From positions 27,944-91,943 of the IMG/VR virus record IMGVR_UViG_3300018420_000012: a stretch of 64,000 nt of DNA, one strand, 5' to 3'. Source of the stretch: a virus. The notes beneath the pieces are model-generated. The model did no database searches and was not told the origin of the DNA. It saw only the letters and a list, made by a program, of their open reading frames with translations. Below are positions 40,501 to 48,477 of the stretch, piece after piece; the first letter of the stretch is position 1, and each line of letters starts with the position of its first letter. A program made the position numbers and the translations under genes.

Positions 40501-41092
40501 TGGGGATCATCCTACTAGTGGCTTGGCTAATGCTGGTGCCGCCTATACCTTTGATGCTATGTTGAGACAGCAAGTTCCAGCTATTCCAAATAGCGGTGGA
40601 TGGATTGACGTTAAAGTATTTGGGGTCGGATACGAAGAACCTATTTACCAGAGAATTTACCAAAATGCATCTGGGGATTCTATCACCTATCAATATAGTG
40701 GTGTTTTGACCACAGATAGAGATGGCGATATTTTCCTTGAGGTTTCTGGCTTTGATCCTTCTAGCAAGGGGTTTGTAGCACATCGTCCATATGTAGAATC
40801 AGTGTTATTTACGCTGGCCGATGGTACTGAAGTGACAGATTCTATGCAGCTAATTATAGGTGGAAAACCAATAGAAGATTCGGGTATTTTGCCTCTCGTT
40901 CTTTCTGGTGATCCTTCAGCAATTGTGTATAATAATGTGAATCTGTATAATTACGGTGTTTCTGGTTCCCCAAGTGGCTCCTTCAATTTGTTCTTGGATG
41001 CACCTAGCGGCTATTCTAGCGGAAATATGAACTTGGTTATTGGTAACAATTATGTTACTGAAAACTTAGAATTAAGAATAAGAGGATACTAA
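28532..41092 (+). CDS. Giant tail-tip/adhesin protein with LamG-like domain and seven FG-GAP repeats
   Basis: 4186 aa; LamG-like region at about 31490-31940; poly-Gly linker at about 33210-33240; FG-GAP blades at about 34262, 34571, 35654, 36047, 39589, 39974 and 40406. Confidence 0.7.
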   Translation: MSDLFFKALECSCVKGTAVTCPAGGEIVATMSATATISASVESDSKIFSPQPADICNDTVQAISGSGPLYLVTTNGSCGDINTDSLAQISIGEETYYYNIITIDGNSITLEYDNSTDDIDRQIEIGDSLQFTTYLDTIPVAISRTRGLSQVVEADSEVSAKASARIQFDLDAFLAEGEIVEDLSADYSASGLFISDGEFINTNTDKVNGEFSDFYCQQILYPSGDLAIDEGFGSFIAVYNQSGNLYSYIDEGVYQGLLMDRGDSVLLTDDINSFIHPNTIHTEGFFQYKCSLTELYVRPDDSYLRMRVSAPLRNYESRIAPLYTVYNIRLNDPSGNLIIKYKDFTVRGDSDQEHPNYTTYSISTEQNVLAESYDWERTTQPHMHEVSGYSLSFNIRAIALDDAFTEGFDEGFEENYIIPEIFNVSGNNYLALDGSPISTQEERFINPTDGFRISALEICNSGGIGFGYRIENTLSFYTEVPETGRRLERQILPSFMPVSTFDTSIWPSVSSVWESSRDNSVTNLDKCGSEELIKILTGGGPDYITLNAMGGDNIADSGKLTIKFSYGPSPVSEVTLGAFNSDFDQNTESIWFSPSGAFNTENTTTGDRLKQDLSFVDIDTLTLKVVAKKEIGSRDYILDVVGYSDDKLLNMTPASGGFIQDPSGVILNDLFVPNVGQHPVLSGFYSNGNDFALGGTAISQKEQYYQASGNDHYKLAQYPTVTGTEFETYEIPLVIIDESVILGKGKDYSLSSLFEHLYLDIFPLPSGASIRDISLCARYKPQNALQFYTEGGEGIGKPQDGRSEAALFPSGRQTGDNILNAGSGYGPISTIEGLPHAFSSPETIKSNYSRRWRGREGTVRGPYDIDQFSFSFENPLLDYPFLSGYFKFDDIEDGYVKSAILGGDYGTVSGLIVGDFESYQNVGWRLTSGTLFQDAMPGFSGNYTTTDWTSLSNGSTTFVGNPMYGKIADAFDRVVRISGESQNINFGNIDTASGFSVFARFTPDVNVSGADYDLFESGILFAKWDAAGDLDFALAYSGGFLAGYAQDDIGNIIKVIDTVPYSGYQYPLNVILTYNDHQQSGLKLYTDNEFWQDEFPVLRASGGPFYKNTTNADLVLGFGAGSGVGMNMLVSEFGISTWASGVYGSGTNIVESNADRTYRQVTAEDFLINSRVKFFDPDEVASNDSYKLWDRVNEDTYNDWDIGAFQNCMFSSAFDELQIRPSMEQIVFEIKHHGSGYTQYADLPSPSSVNSGVSYHTQIENDFLRFHLTDVPDNFYSVNRRITKTLPIGYKFSEKALVVESVIEHHSSGDIVWPECDGQEGPRLIISLYTKNKDPYWNTTEPNWGLVNRKIHYVPPSACIYRFDSTFTYDDICDTSEEWAIFPQEPRQREFKESYFSDDVNDMFVQYDLVYPSGPAFESRLDLHSSHIRMSEANILKLDDSGVMNLYASGGFPATEFINLVCGEIAVSGTDSLPLLIGTPLPLDNLEDTSGSGFFLTISGAIRVAEILPLFTPLQSGIEYLDLFISGQEPSSTSSSMNLAMPYTIGFFDSSSDANIRTTSGGGGGGGGGGQSTGGDPGDDATIGGKPPASITSSFFGMPMVLLGESGVYANNDIPLYVYATNIGTSGSSTNMPMTLWNNFNNTTAANNSGVLNLTTRAIGKIRSRFRSDYMPLFISAPLTPSAILPLYVTNFNIPVQNTGSMNLMTANYSSAGGSAYGLWDNINYGTGIELDDNVYATVPVDNEIRGVDLTAYGSCDGDSPSKAIDRALATDCVAWREETCNDGGIFRAKETYTNPEATGFDGVTLGYSGNYYGLRKFTDLVPSYNYYTTVTIKTGSTDPIPVPRTFEEWEYGMCGPAWDADGCCTEDCDQNLVFSGVKLIGDDACGVPPSSNLCVDPDSIVASGRHEFAKYGKALAVKNDLMAVSAPNQTIPEYDIYSDPPTMVDVSGAGSVFLYRRGDDVAGKKASWELATQLMLPTGYRKDYPQRTIDNLLRFDNFTISGVKWQIGQEGRQFGESVDLCSSGDREVVVVGAPRAKWSRNFEDIVTSGIPTAAIIFADRFAYSEVSLNRIAATAKRFDILWKYFSAPWYADSIYGGTPPEFQPQIETKFLVIQSSLSSKDNPLVPSDNDWFKHIYIPRLDDYDLLVETGSGVFSDAGQTGTVQQYFNSGLPVVFEQINSGIKAAFFELFPSGRSDVLYSGVPAIVGMFQEQSSSTLGALSFTSEGGTFNSVYKEFEDFYNSYSISGVYNQITGNPESGHLNIVQDRSEDWVETTQELIYNTFDSGRLASSYTNTTLNQYFITSGVGQEFAQEFNINEFQIAPASGGRVYIFENERGNFNCIQQIISPNDTSDFFNDETDWYLGNSYGKNYNDRFGHSVSISQNGEVISVGSPFLAGSPCRIYERSESANALFYDAVRSFASYIGNTDAVDHYDNILALSGAAVAKESAYDYLNDSERFRLRTDINFWDGDPPSVYQISFSYSYGDIEYRGTRKFLPDEFAGGSRLGWSTATSDAGDFVAFGAPTDSFNLFEDVNVWGDDELSWASYNNAGAVRVFESRKYYPHDKVVEFGRFGNLDRSFHNEERNLGYYDVWDQVFASGSDGEIDYQGHDWRRMNFSEIEIPTDAGLAFIITPEIDAASDEIIDNIKSWLALGDRNLVLVGNDPVWEENGLYSDSNDIINNILKKLGSRMKIVPAKNEQYSLQGCVSLEDVDDDKFNVTPSLLPAHSAGRTIAAGNYFGKGFGDIRINLEADGQEDFVEYMDCPEGLNGKVINERCEFPLKHLGDLRAQWREQCISTGGGETRVINYVRNWPQMFNNVPSYCDEPPIYLRDDARQEPVPVLTTAETLPDRPWSVPESSGYFFETYGIYEWRSWTTSSTVYSFADTHIDHVDFDIYENSDSSVSGNYTLFDIGTYFDPELINARDALIQASAVPVLVGYNQTKTNIIHDEHIIALAESGKNDLGELNSSRIYLIATQWSEDDASRGIDDGTDNQDKNTEFYLNLVTEDCDSIAGPRGIQINGFTGRTSLNNAYFYNGDENDGHSLANKLKVELSRDSSGGYFLENKKTSDLTEFVDFAWVAHPSGKPSAQEITEMKNWLNEGGKRLIITYNAANSDDMRRVAANVDYLCSGINVTSRPLYVPSLGSYQVSNGVIDSYRDDDGGRFDTDYGDVQLVNTSTDSIAGCPNGFAYNSVYNDSTALSGLHFSERSDNLYSSALSDYSLKRVIPISGGQDYEKIVWTSRAVTERVSVPPIRRYNIDAQSTFTFPTIQNSGYRIFFDWVSESDQDKYPIDITASNASFSPFPALSDDDNTFYGLSLDQTLSLNPESRHIDVRATSDSISIAAYSRESIGEDEVSNDGSIFTTRLLAISGAPLPITSEVATSNGSGLYQVDEVVVNERYVVYPARSGIIEGEFRPVSHLSSIYCNSENGEICDSLGDQTIEDGPVVAAEEYENFSSFPAGRRKSKIIVISDSSMVQGQCPHYRYSAIQGNQAFIRSLYPTSPQNYFSPQDDSDIFDDGYQIRDGRNFYFAQKIRAPERGSAAKYHAVSGSSVSNITSPLYGGNGVAGALGNYTDNEDNIDPTTLVRPIGPKNVYKIRDRKNEFFTSDALGDYGIYPRFSGDFLDYANYLDGQDSYDELLGLPSGTNRDFILDMGIGGGITELMKINNTDYLDLDVYYSGCLGDLFGYSIDITDDKLIVGAPFNAFHAETAISGVSGIVQWHEIVNGEAGSGIKIAEDGGAGAAFVYHRTGRGENIIEEFLPWEFISKLKPSSLNVGVYDFTPDPRTAFEQQRGIDIQNNPSFILDHGKRSDNFGISVSIDCDMAVIGAPNHDYETLHHHIYSGAVALNGSGLSTALHRKSFNAEFDIPTHSFYDLGSSGVRVDDFNNNSGVAILNNGAVFNYRYELTDFQAREQNWVYAQKLVAQGYKDRTATQFGPPLPPDFETYITSSGTENDRFGAAVAIDRAYRGDSDYTLVAGSPQHDWSTSGDHPTSGLANAGAAYTFDAMLRQQVPAIPNSGGWIDVKVFGVGYEEPIYQRIYQNASGDSITYQYSGVLTTDRDGDIFLEVSGFDPSSKGFVAHRPYVESVLFTLADGTEVTDSMQLIIGGKPIEDSGILPLVLSGDPSAIVYNNVNLYNYGVSGSPSGSFNLFLDAPSGYSSGNMNLVIGNNYVTENLELRIRGY

Positions 41093-42816
41093 TGCCAATT
41101 AAAGTAAGGTATAATAACGATCAAACCCAAGAGTGCGTAATAAGACCTACGCCCTTTGTGCAGATTTCTGCGAATACACTTAAAAATAAAGTGGGTAATT
41201 TTGGCACTACTTATACTATTGTTTTGACGGGTACTTTACTGCCAGACGAGGGAACCCCTTACGCTATTGATCCAGCTACAGATCAGTTGCGTGAATTTTT
41301 TACACCAGCTAATACTGGCGATCTCATAGGCCCATTTGGACAGTTTGACAACAAGCCATTTAGCCAAAGAGACAGGCCGCAGCGTCAGAAGGTCATGAAG
41401 CCCGCCTCTGCCATTTTGAGCAAGCAGCGTGCCCTTAGAGCCTTATTCGCTAAAGACGGTCAGACGGTCATTATTACGGATATTTTTGACGACGCACCAG
41501 CGACTGTCTATTGCAACCCCAGAGTTGTAAGTATAGATTTTACAGAGGGGCCATATGTAAGCAGATGTGATTATACAATTAATCTAGAAGCAGATGTTCT
41601 TCTGCATGGAGATGTTGAGTCGGATGCATATATAGATCAGGGCTATACATCCTCTAGCGGAAATCTTGGGACGATCATTGGTGTTAGTTATGACAATTTT
41701 ATTGACGCTTCTGGTATGTTTATCGAGACGTTTTCTGAAGATTGGTCGTTAGAAGCGGAGGATGGTGGAGAAAGCATTTTAAACCCACGTCAGTATAGAA
41801 TTTCACACAATCTAAGTGCTGTCGGGAAAAAGCACTATGGGCACTCTGGGAGTGAAGATAAAGAGGCTTGGGAGCAAGCTAGAGACTTTGTTCTGCAAAG
41901 ACTTTCTAATAATATTAGTGGTAATTATCCCAATGTTGCTGGCCTAATTGGTAGCGGCACAGTAAATCTTGTTGATACTTATCAAGGATTTAATCACATT
42001 AGAACAGAGCAGATCGGTGTCTCTGATGGTAGCTACTCTGTCAGTGAAAATTGGTTATTATCCAGTGGAACAAGCACAGAAACTTATAACGCCAGTGTCT
42101 CAACCAGTAATACCGACCCTTTTGTTACCGTTAGCATTGACGGAACAATTAAGGGTCTCTCTGAAATCTCTCCTAGTGCATATTATGCACCGGGCGTGGA
42201 CATTGAATTACTCACCCAGACCAGCGGTGCTTTTGCAAACGCACGTAAAAAATACAATGAAGTTTCCAACAGTGGAAAGTTTGGCCTGACAAGCGATATT
42301 TATAACAGAGCAAATAATCTTGTATCTGTTACGCTTAATTCTCAGCCCACATCGGTTACTTTAGCCACCAATGAATATACAGGTGATCTAACCTACAATT
42401 TACAATTTAACAATAGACCTACAAATATTATTTCGGGCGTTCTTAGCGAAGAAATCAATGTTAATGATACTTATCCCGGAGATGTTTTTGCTGTCATTCC
42501 TGTTCTTGGTAGAAATACCGGTCCTGTGCTGCAATATATTGGTGGTAGAACAGAATATAAAAGAGATATTAATTTAAATTTGGTTATGGATTATACTAAG
42601 ATACCATACGGTTCTGGCAGAGAAACTTTGCTTCTCAAGAAGCCCAGTTTAGTTGAGCCAACAGCAAGTCAAATAGCTCGACTTTTAAGAGAATTAAGTC
42701 CAGCTGGAGAGCCCGGAATTAGAAAGTATTTTGTTTCGGCACCAACGGAACAGTGGAACCCAAAGAACGGCACATATTCATTTAATGTTTCTTTTACTTA
42801 TGAATTAGACAGATAG
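41092..42816 (+). CDS. Tail-tip/baseplate-associated protein (Dit-like candidate)
   Basis: 574 aa, TAATG-coupled; beta-rich; downstream of the TMP. Confidence 0.45.
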   Translation: MPIKVRYNNDQTQECVIRPTPFVQISANTLKNKVGNFGTTYTIVLTGTLLPDEGTPYAIDPATDQLREFFTPANTGDLIGPFGQFDNKPFSQRDRPQRQKVMKPASAILSKQRALRALFAKDGQTVIITDIFDDAPATVYCNPRVVSIDFTEGPYVSRCDYTINLEADVLLHGDVESDAYIDQGYTSSSGNLGTIIGVSYDNFIDASGMFIETFSEDWSLEAEDGGESILNPRQYRISHNLSAVGKKHYGHSGSEDKEAWEQARDFVLQRLSNNISGNYPNVAGLIGSGTVNLVDTYQGFNHIRTEQIGVSDGSYSVSENWLLSSGTSTETYNASVSTSNTDPFVTVSIDGTIKGLSEISPSAYYAPGVDIELLTQTSGAFANARKKYNEVSNSGKFGLTSDIYNRANNLVSVTLNSQPTSVTLATNEYTGDLTYNLQFNNRPTNIISGVLSEEINVNDTYPGDVFAVIPVLGRNTGPVLQYIGGRTEYKRDINLNLVMDYTKIPYGSGRETLLLKKPSLVEPTASQIARLLRELSPAGEPGIRKYFVSAPTEQWNPKNGTYSFNVSFTYELDR

Positions 42817-42820
42817 GACA

Positions 42821-43444
42821 ATGACTCATAATTGGAATGATTTTAGTGATGCTGGCTTAGGACCGCAGCTTCCGCTAACTAGCGGTCAGCAGGCCCAATC
42901 AGTTTCTGGCATTTTACCATCTGGTGAAAGTAATTTCTTTGATCTTGAGCAAGATCGACAAAGATATAATGGTCTTGGAATTGATCGTTTGTATGATTAC
43001 GAAAAAGAGGCCGGTGGAAGCGGTGTTGTTGCAACATATCCATCAGAAACACTTGAGTTGATTGATGAACAGCGTGAGAGCGGTATTTTTCATCAGCAGC
43101 TTATTGGCAATGAATTAACTGGCTCTGGAAGCATATTTAGTTCCGGTTACTACATGCCTAGTGGATTTGATGTAAGATTTCAACAATATATCAGACCCAC
43201 TGTTTCTCCATATGAACCAGCTAGACCGGATTACGCCTATAGAACTATGGATTCTTATATCCATCATAAAGTATATTTGGCTATTCCAACACCATACATA
43301 GAAATTAAATATATATCAGATTTTCTTGCTGATACTAGTGGTAGTGGTCTTGATCCATATACTACATATGTTCCTAACAAGAACGGATATTATAATGCTG
43401 AATTTAAGGGTTCGTCATTTAGACCAAGAAGAGATGATGATTAA
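42821..43444 (+). CDS. SG-rich hypothetical virion protein
   Basis: 207 aa; 10 of 21 Ser are followed by Gly (manual count). Confidence 0.55.
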   Translation: MTHNWNDFSDAGLGPQLPLTSGQQAQSVSGILPSGESNFFDLEQDRQRYNGLGIDRLYDYEKEAGGSGVVATYPSETLELIDEQRESGIFHQQLIGNELTGSGSIFSSGYYMPSGFDVRFQQYIRPTVSPYEPARPDYAYRTMDSYIHHKVYLAIPTPYIEIKYISDFLADTSGSGLDPYTTYVPNKNGYYNAEFKGSSFRPRRDDD

Positions 43445-43458
43445 TTATAGGAGAGGAA

Positions 43459-46400
43459 ATGTTTGATTTTAATTCACCTCATTTGGGCATAGTGCCTGCA
43501 TCTGGTAATTATGGCTCAGAATGGCCTGCAAACTTTGTGATTCCACAAGGTAACGAGGGCTCTATGTCTGTAGGGGGCTGGACTATTGGTAACGAGGGGT
43601 TTCCACAGCAAACCTTCTTGGGTGCTAGTATTAGAAATTTTTCTGTAAATGCTGGCTTTGGCGATTCATCTTCCAATGTTAGCGTAGAACTTGTAAATGA
43701 TGAATATAACAAGTCTGACAAATCATTCTTTGGTCGCGGGGATGACCCATATCACGACGGACAAAACGATTTATTCAGGCCGCCAGCCGTAGGCTCTCCT
43801 GTTTTCTTTAAGTTTGGAACGAATCCAGCTACGGTTGAGCAGGCTTGGAGAAAAACATTTGATGATACTTATGGTTATAATACTATCTCAAATGATTCTT
43901 TTGCAGAGTACAGAGTGCAGAGACCACTAGAGTCCTTGCCTCCGTTTAATTTCGTAGACCTGTCGAAATCAAATGACGAATCTTTTTACGTCATAGATAA
44001 GAGCAGCCTATTAAATCCAGATAATGAAGCGAGGGGTCGTAACCACTTTGTGTTTGGCGGTATTCTTCAAAGTTATACAGAAAACAACAGCTCAGAAGGG
44101 CGTGGTCTTTACACTGTAAACGTAGTTGACCCTAGAGAAGTTTTATCCAATGCACAATTATTATTCAACAACTATCAGGGAACAACATACAACAATAAGA
44201 ATTTATTTAATATTTATGGGTTTTTAGAGTATGACCCAAGAGATTCATTGGTTGAGTTTCTTGACAACGCGAAAATAGATAAGGGTTATTTGTCAAAGCG
44301 GATTGATGCGTCTGGTAATATTGTTTTTTCTGGGAATGGCACAAACCCACTTTTATTGGATCAATACGAATTTAAAGAAAATGCCAATCAGGACAAATAT
44401 GGAGCTGTTACAAGCACCGTATACGCACCGGGAAGAAAAACAAAGACCTACCTTCCTAAATATTTCCCGATTACCGGACAGGGCTTATCGAGAAGAAGCG
44501 AGAGAGGTATCCCTTTCTACAGGGTTTCTCAGGCTCTCGCCACTCTATTCGAGTCTTATGGTTCTTTACCGCAAGAATATATTGACGCTGGTTTCGGCGG
44601 TAAGATTAATTTTAGGGGATATAATTACGTTGTAGACTTTGGCGGAATTCCAACCCAAAAAATTCCCAGTATGTATTTCATGGACTTTGACCAACTAGAT
44701 ATGTTGTCGTTCGCACAAGAACTTTGCGACGTTATTAGTCATGAATTGTTTGTCTCGATGCTGCCAATTATAAATCATCCAGCTTGTGCATTTTTAGAAA
44801 ACTACAATCAACAGAAGGCTATCCGTGGAGAATATAGCGAGATGGTGGCTGGTATCATCCGTAGAGATGCTATTGATAAAACTCAGCAACCTTCTTATGG
44901 TGCGATTATTCAATATTTAAAAGACTTAAAAGATCGAGGCATTGAGGTAGAAAATCAAGACCTTGGATTTGAGCTATCGAATGTAACTACTGACAAATTT
45001 GTTGTTGGTGCTCAAGAAGTAGAGATGTATTTTTTCGATACTACTCATGACCGCGACGATCTACAGGTAAGAAAAGAGGATGACGGCCAAAGCAACGTAG
45101 AAATCTTACAACAAGAACAGTGGTTATTAGAAACAAGTCTAAAGCAATCAGTTCTTCCTTTTTATGGGTTTTTAGGCGATGGTAATGCCGTGACCATACC
45201 AAGAGGTTGGGGTTCATATCAACAAATATTACTCGATACTCGCGGTTTAAATGCCTTTGGTGTTGGTAATTATTATGTAGCTACAGAGCTTGAGCTTAGA
45301 GCAGCTTTAGTCTCCTATGATCGTTGGAAAAATTTCTTATTAAAGTATAGCGAAACCTATATTCAAGACATTGAGGAGTATGGTGCTACATTCTCTGCGT
45401 TGGCAGATGCCAACGACCAAATTAATGATGTGTTAGAGGATTTCAAACTTAAAACACAGTTGACAGAAGATACTATTCTCGGATCAGGCTTCTTAACTCA
45501 ATTGAAGAATAGACAATTTGCCGTCACCGTTCCTAGATGTGTTTGGGACTCAGATAGACCTTTAATGGGCAATGATGGACTACCTGCAAGCCCTTGTTCC
45601 CCGCCATTCGGTTATCCATTATACTATGGGCGTGCCAAAAAGATCGGTATTCCTGAAGCTGGTGTTCTCAAAATAATCAACGCAAAGAATAAAGTTATTA
45701 CAAATTATGCACAACTACAAGATAGATTATCTGGTGCTGCTACAATGTCAAGTATTACACCAGAGTTTCTAGAAGAAAAGTTAAAACTTTTACTCGCTAG
45801 GGTGACTGACTTTGAAGAAAATTGGAGGGCTACCCACCCACAAGATTTGGACGGGTATGCAGATAATGAGACATATAAAGGATATATGGCAGAGATTGAA
45901 AAGTTTAAGCAAGTGCAGGAAGAATATACCTCACTTCAAAACATGCTTATTAATGAGGGTGAAGACCTTTTGGCTGAAACAAAAAACACACTTGAGGGCC
46001 TTGCGGAAGATTCGCTTATAGCCAAGTTGCCGCAGATTGCAAAAAACCACAAGAAGAACGCCATGAAGGTTTATGAATTTATTAAAAAGGTCGCTGAAGA
46101 AAATTTGGGTAAAAGATTCTTGGTCAAGATACCCAAGGCGTGCAACGTAAGATATCAGCCAAACACCGTAACATACGATCAGGGACAGAGAGAAAAGCAA
46201 ATCGCTGCTGGCCCATTTGGATTCTCACCGATGCCGATATCTTCAAATATAGATGTGCTGTCAGATGTCAGATTTAAGGACGATATAGAAGAAGTAGAAG
46301 AAACAATAACAGCCGAGTCTCTCTTTATTCATTATAATAATTATAAAATTAACTTAAATGATGAATCGCTATCGCCAAACGGCACGGAAAATAATCATGA

Positions 46401-48477
46401 AGCAAGTTATACCTATGGTGCTCTAAAAAATAATTATAATCCAATTACTGACAAGTGGGAGTTTAATTACAAACCAGAGCCACTGGGCGGATTCATGAGT
46501 TATGAGCTATTAAAAGATTCAGTTAGTAGTGCGATTGATGATTATGGTTCTGTTTTAGATGGGAACTTCGGGGAAGGATTAGAAGATTACAACCTCAACA
46601 TTCGCGAGAGTGATTTACCCCAATCCATGCAAGACCTACTATACCCAGTTATGCCTTGGAAGTTGCTCAATGAAAACAACAGTAGAATCGGTTGCTACGT
46701 TAGATATGATAATAGTCATCTTTTGAGTTTTGTTAATGTGCCGCCTGAGTCACTGATTCAACAATCTTATGAAAGAAGTCGCGGGGGGCATACCCGTGTT
46801 ATTCCAGACGTTGTGGAGCTTCTACCAAATGTGCAGCCAGATCAAGAATTCAGTTTTAATCAAAAAGAAGAAAGAGACAAGGACAATGAAAAAGAGGGTG
46901 TGCAACCAGCCGTAGCTTTTGTCAAGTGCGAGGTGGACGAGCAGTTTTATATGCCCCCTAAATTACAGCTTAAAAATAAAGAAATTTACGCAAGAAATTA
47001 TGAGCTTCGTGTTTCTACGCCACCACTTGAGATTGTAGAAGATGTTGACGAGGATGGTTGTCCAACCTTTAGTCTTGAATTTAAGAGAATTGATCCAGTG
47101 TTTTCTATTGCCAAACGTGGCGGTGCTGATGGAACGTATGAGGCACATACCGACTTTGTTAGAAACAGTGGGGTTTTTTGGCAATGGGAAAAGGGCGTTG
47201 CAACATTCGAGGAGGCGGTAGTATATGGTAATATTATTGATACGTCCCCTGAGAATTTAGACTCGAACCACGTATATGCCTTGATTACTCTTCCGGGAAG
47301 AGTTGAAACAACCCTAGATCAAAGATGGGCAGACGGGCCTATGCAGGTTAATAATACTGTAGAGATAAAGAACTTAATGACTCAAGATGTTGTTAAGATT
47401 CCAGCGTTTAACAAGCCTAGTTTTCCAGAGAAAACAGAGCGTACCATTGATTGCGAAAAAGATGAATTAGATTTTTCGCTTGCAGAGCTTACGGAAGTTG
47501 AGCGTATACAAAGACAGGCATTAAAGGGCGTTAAATTTAATCAGGGTGAAACAGCAGTACAGTTTATACAACCATCACCAATTTATCCCAGTATGGTAGC
47601 TATGCCGCTATTATCTTGGGAGAGGTGTTATGGACCTTGGATGTCATCATCCTCGCTCAACCCAGAAGATTCTAGGGTTAGGTATTCAAACATTGGTGGA
47701 AGAATTGACTTTTTGAAAGATGAAAATCTTGCACCTTGGAATTTTGGTGGATATACATTACTAAATGAGGCCGGTAGACTTCAGGCAGAATTTTCAAATA
47801 GCCTACTACTAATTAGCGAACGTGGTGGATTTGTATACCCATCAGCACCAAGCGGCATAGCATTAGCAAAAGCCCTTAAAGCTGGTGGCCCATTGGTTAC
47901 ATCTATTGATGTGCAGATTGGGGATAGTGTTAAAACAACTGTTAAATTAGACCTTTACACTCCTTCTTATGGAAAACTTCACAAACAGAAAGAAGGAAAT
48001 ATTGCAACCATTGCGAGGGAGCGACAAAAAGTTAGAGATCAAAACAATAGCTTAATAAGAATAGGTATTAATAAGTGGGTAAGCGGGGGCAATCTAATGC
48101 ATAACTTAATGGCTAAGGGCGGTCAGAAAATATTAGATTTAGCTAAGAGCACCGATACTTTCTTTAGTGATGTGGATAAAAGGTCATCAGAAAAGCTACT
48201 CTTAGCGAGCGATGGCATACAAACTAGAGTTGTAGAAGAGAGTCAGTTGATTAGAGGGTTGGAGAGTTATAATACAGCGGCTCAGGCTCAATCCTTTATT
48301 AGTCCGGGTGGTGGTCCGATGCCAATTGTGGAGTTTGCTGATTTATTTGACGTGGTTAATAATATCCCAACCACATCTCAGCATAATATACCCGGTGCGG
48401 ACATTGGTTCAGCTTTTGGTATCGACGCTTCCTTGGCAGAAAGATTTTTTGGGAACGCAAATGAAGGAGATAATTAA
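43459..48477 (+). CDS. Large tail-tip/hub-like protein
   Basis: 1672 aa, AGGAGAGG SD; tail-tip block context; internal coiled-coil segment. Confidence 0.5.
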   Translation: MFDFNSPHLGIVPASGNYGSEWPANFVIPQGNEGSMSVGGWTIGNEGFPQQTFLGASIRNFSVNAGFGDSSSNVSVELVNDEYNKSDKSFFGRGDDPYHDGQNDLFRPPAVGSPVFFKFGTNPATVEQAWRKTFDDTYGYNTISNDSFAEYRVQRPLESLPPFNFVDLSKSNDESFYVIDKSSLLNPDNEARGRNHFVFGGILQSYTENNSSEGRGLYTVNVVDPREVLSNAQLLFNNYQGTTYNNKNLFNIYGFLEYDPRDSLVEFLDNAKIDKGYLSKRIDASGNIVFSGNGTNPLLLDQYEFKENANQDKYGAVTSTVYAPGRKTKTYLPKYFPITGQGLSRRSERGIPFYRVSQALATLFESYGSLPQEYIDAGFGGKINFRGYNYVVDFGGIPTQKIPSMYFMDFDQLDMLSFAQELCDVISHELFVSMLPIINHPACAFLENYNQQKAIRGEYSEMVAGIIRRDAIDKTQQPSYGAIIQYLKDLKDRGIEVENQDLGFELSNVTTDKFVVGAQEVEMYFFDTTHDRDDLQVRKEDDGQSNVEILQQEQWLLETSLKQSVLPFYGFLGDGNAVTIPRGWGSYQQILLDTRGLNAFGVGNYYVATELELRAALVSYDRWKNFLLKYSETYIQDIEEYGATFSALADANDQINDVLEDFKLKTQLTEDTILGSGFLTQLKNRQFAVTVPRCVWDSDRPLMGNDGLPASPCSPPFGYPLYYGRAKKIGIPEAGVLKIINAKNKVITNYAQLQDRLSGAATMSSITPEFLEEKLKLLLARVTDFEENWRATHPQDLDGYADNETYKGYMAEIEKFKQVQEEYTSLQNMLINEGEDLLAETKNTLEGLAEDSLIAKLPQIAKNHKKNAMKVYEFIKKVAEENLGKRFLVKIPKACNVRYQPNTVTYDQGQREKQIAAGPFGFSPMPISSNIDVLSDVRFKDDIEEVEETITAESLFIHYNNYKINLNDESLSPNGTENNHEASYTYGALKNNYNPITDKWEFNYKPEPLGGFMSYELLKDSVSSAIDDYGSVLDGNFGEGLEDYNLNIRESDLPQSMQDLLYPVMPWKLLNENNSRIGCYVRYDNSHLLSFVNVPPESLIQQSYERSRGGHTRVIPDVVELLPNVQPDQEFSFNQKEERDKDNEKEGVQPAVAFVKCEVDEQFYMPPKLQLKNKEIYARNYELRVSTPPLEIVEDVDEDGCPTFSLEFKRIDPVFSIAKRGGADGTYEAHTDFVRNSGVFWQWEKGVATFEEAVVYGNIIDTSPENLDSNHVYALITLPGRVETTLDQRWADGPMQVNNTVEIKNLMTQDVVKIPAFNKPSFPEKTERTIDCEKDELDFSLAELTEVERIQRQALKGVKFNQGETAVQFIQPSPIYPSMVAMPLLSWERCYGPWMSSSSLNPEDSRVRYSNIGGRIDFLKDENLAPWNFGGYTLLNEAGRLQAEFSNSLLLISERGGFVYPSAPSGIALAKALKAGGPLVTSIDVQIGDSVKTTVKLDLYTPSYGKLHKQKEGNIATIARERQKVRDQNNSLIRIGINKWVSGGNLMHNLMAKGGQKILDLAKSTDTFFSDVDKRSSEKLLLASDGIQTRVVEESQLIRGLESYNTAAQAQSFISPGGGPMPIVEFADLFDVVNNIPTTSQHNIPGADIGSAFGIDASLAERFFGNANEGDN

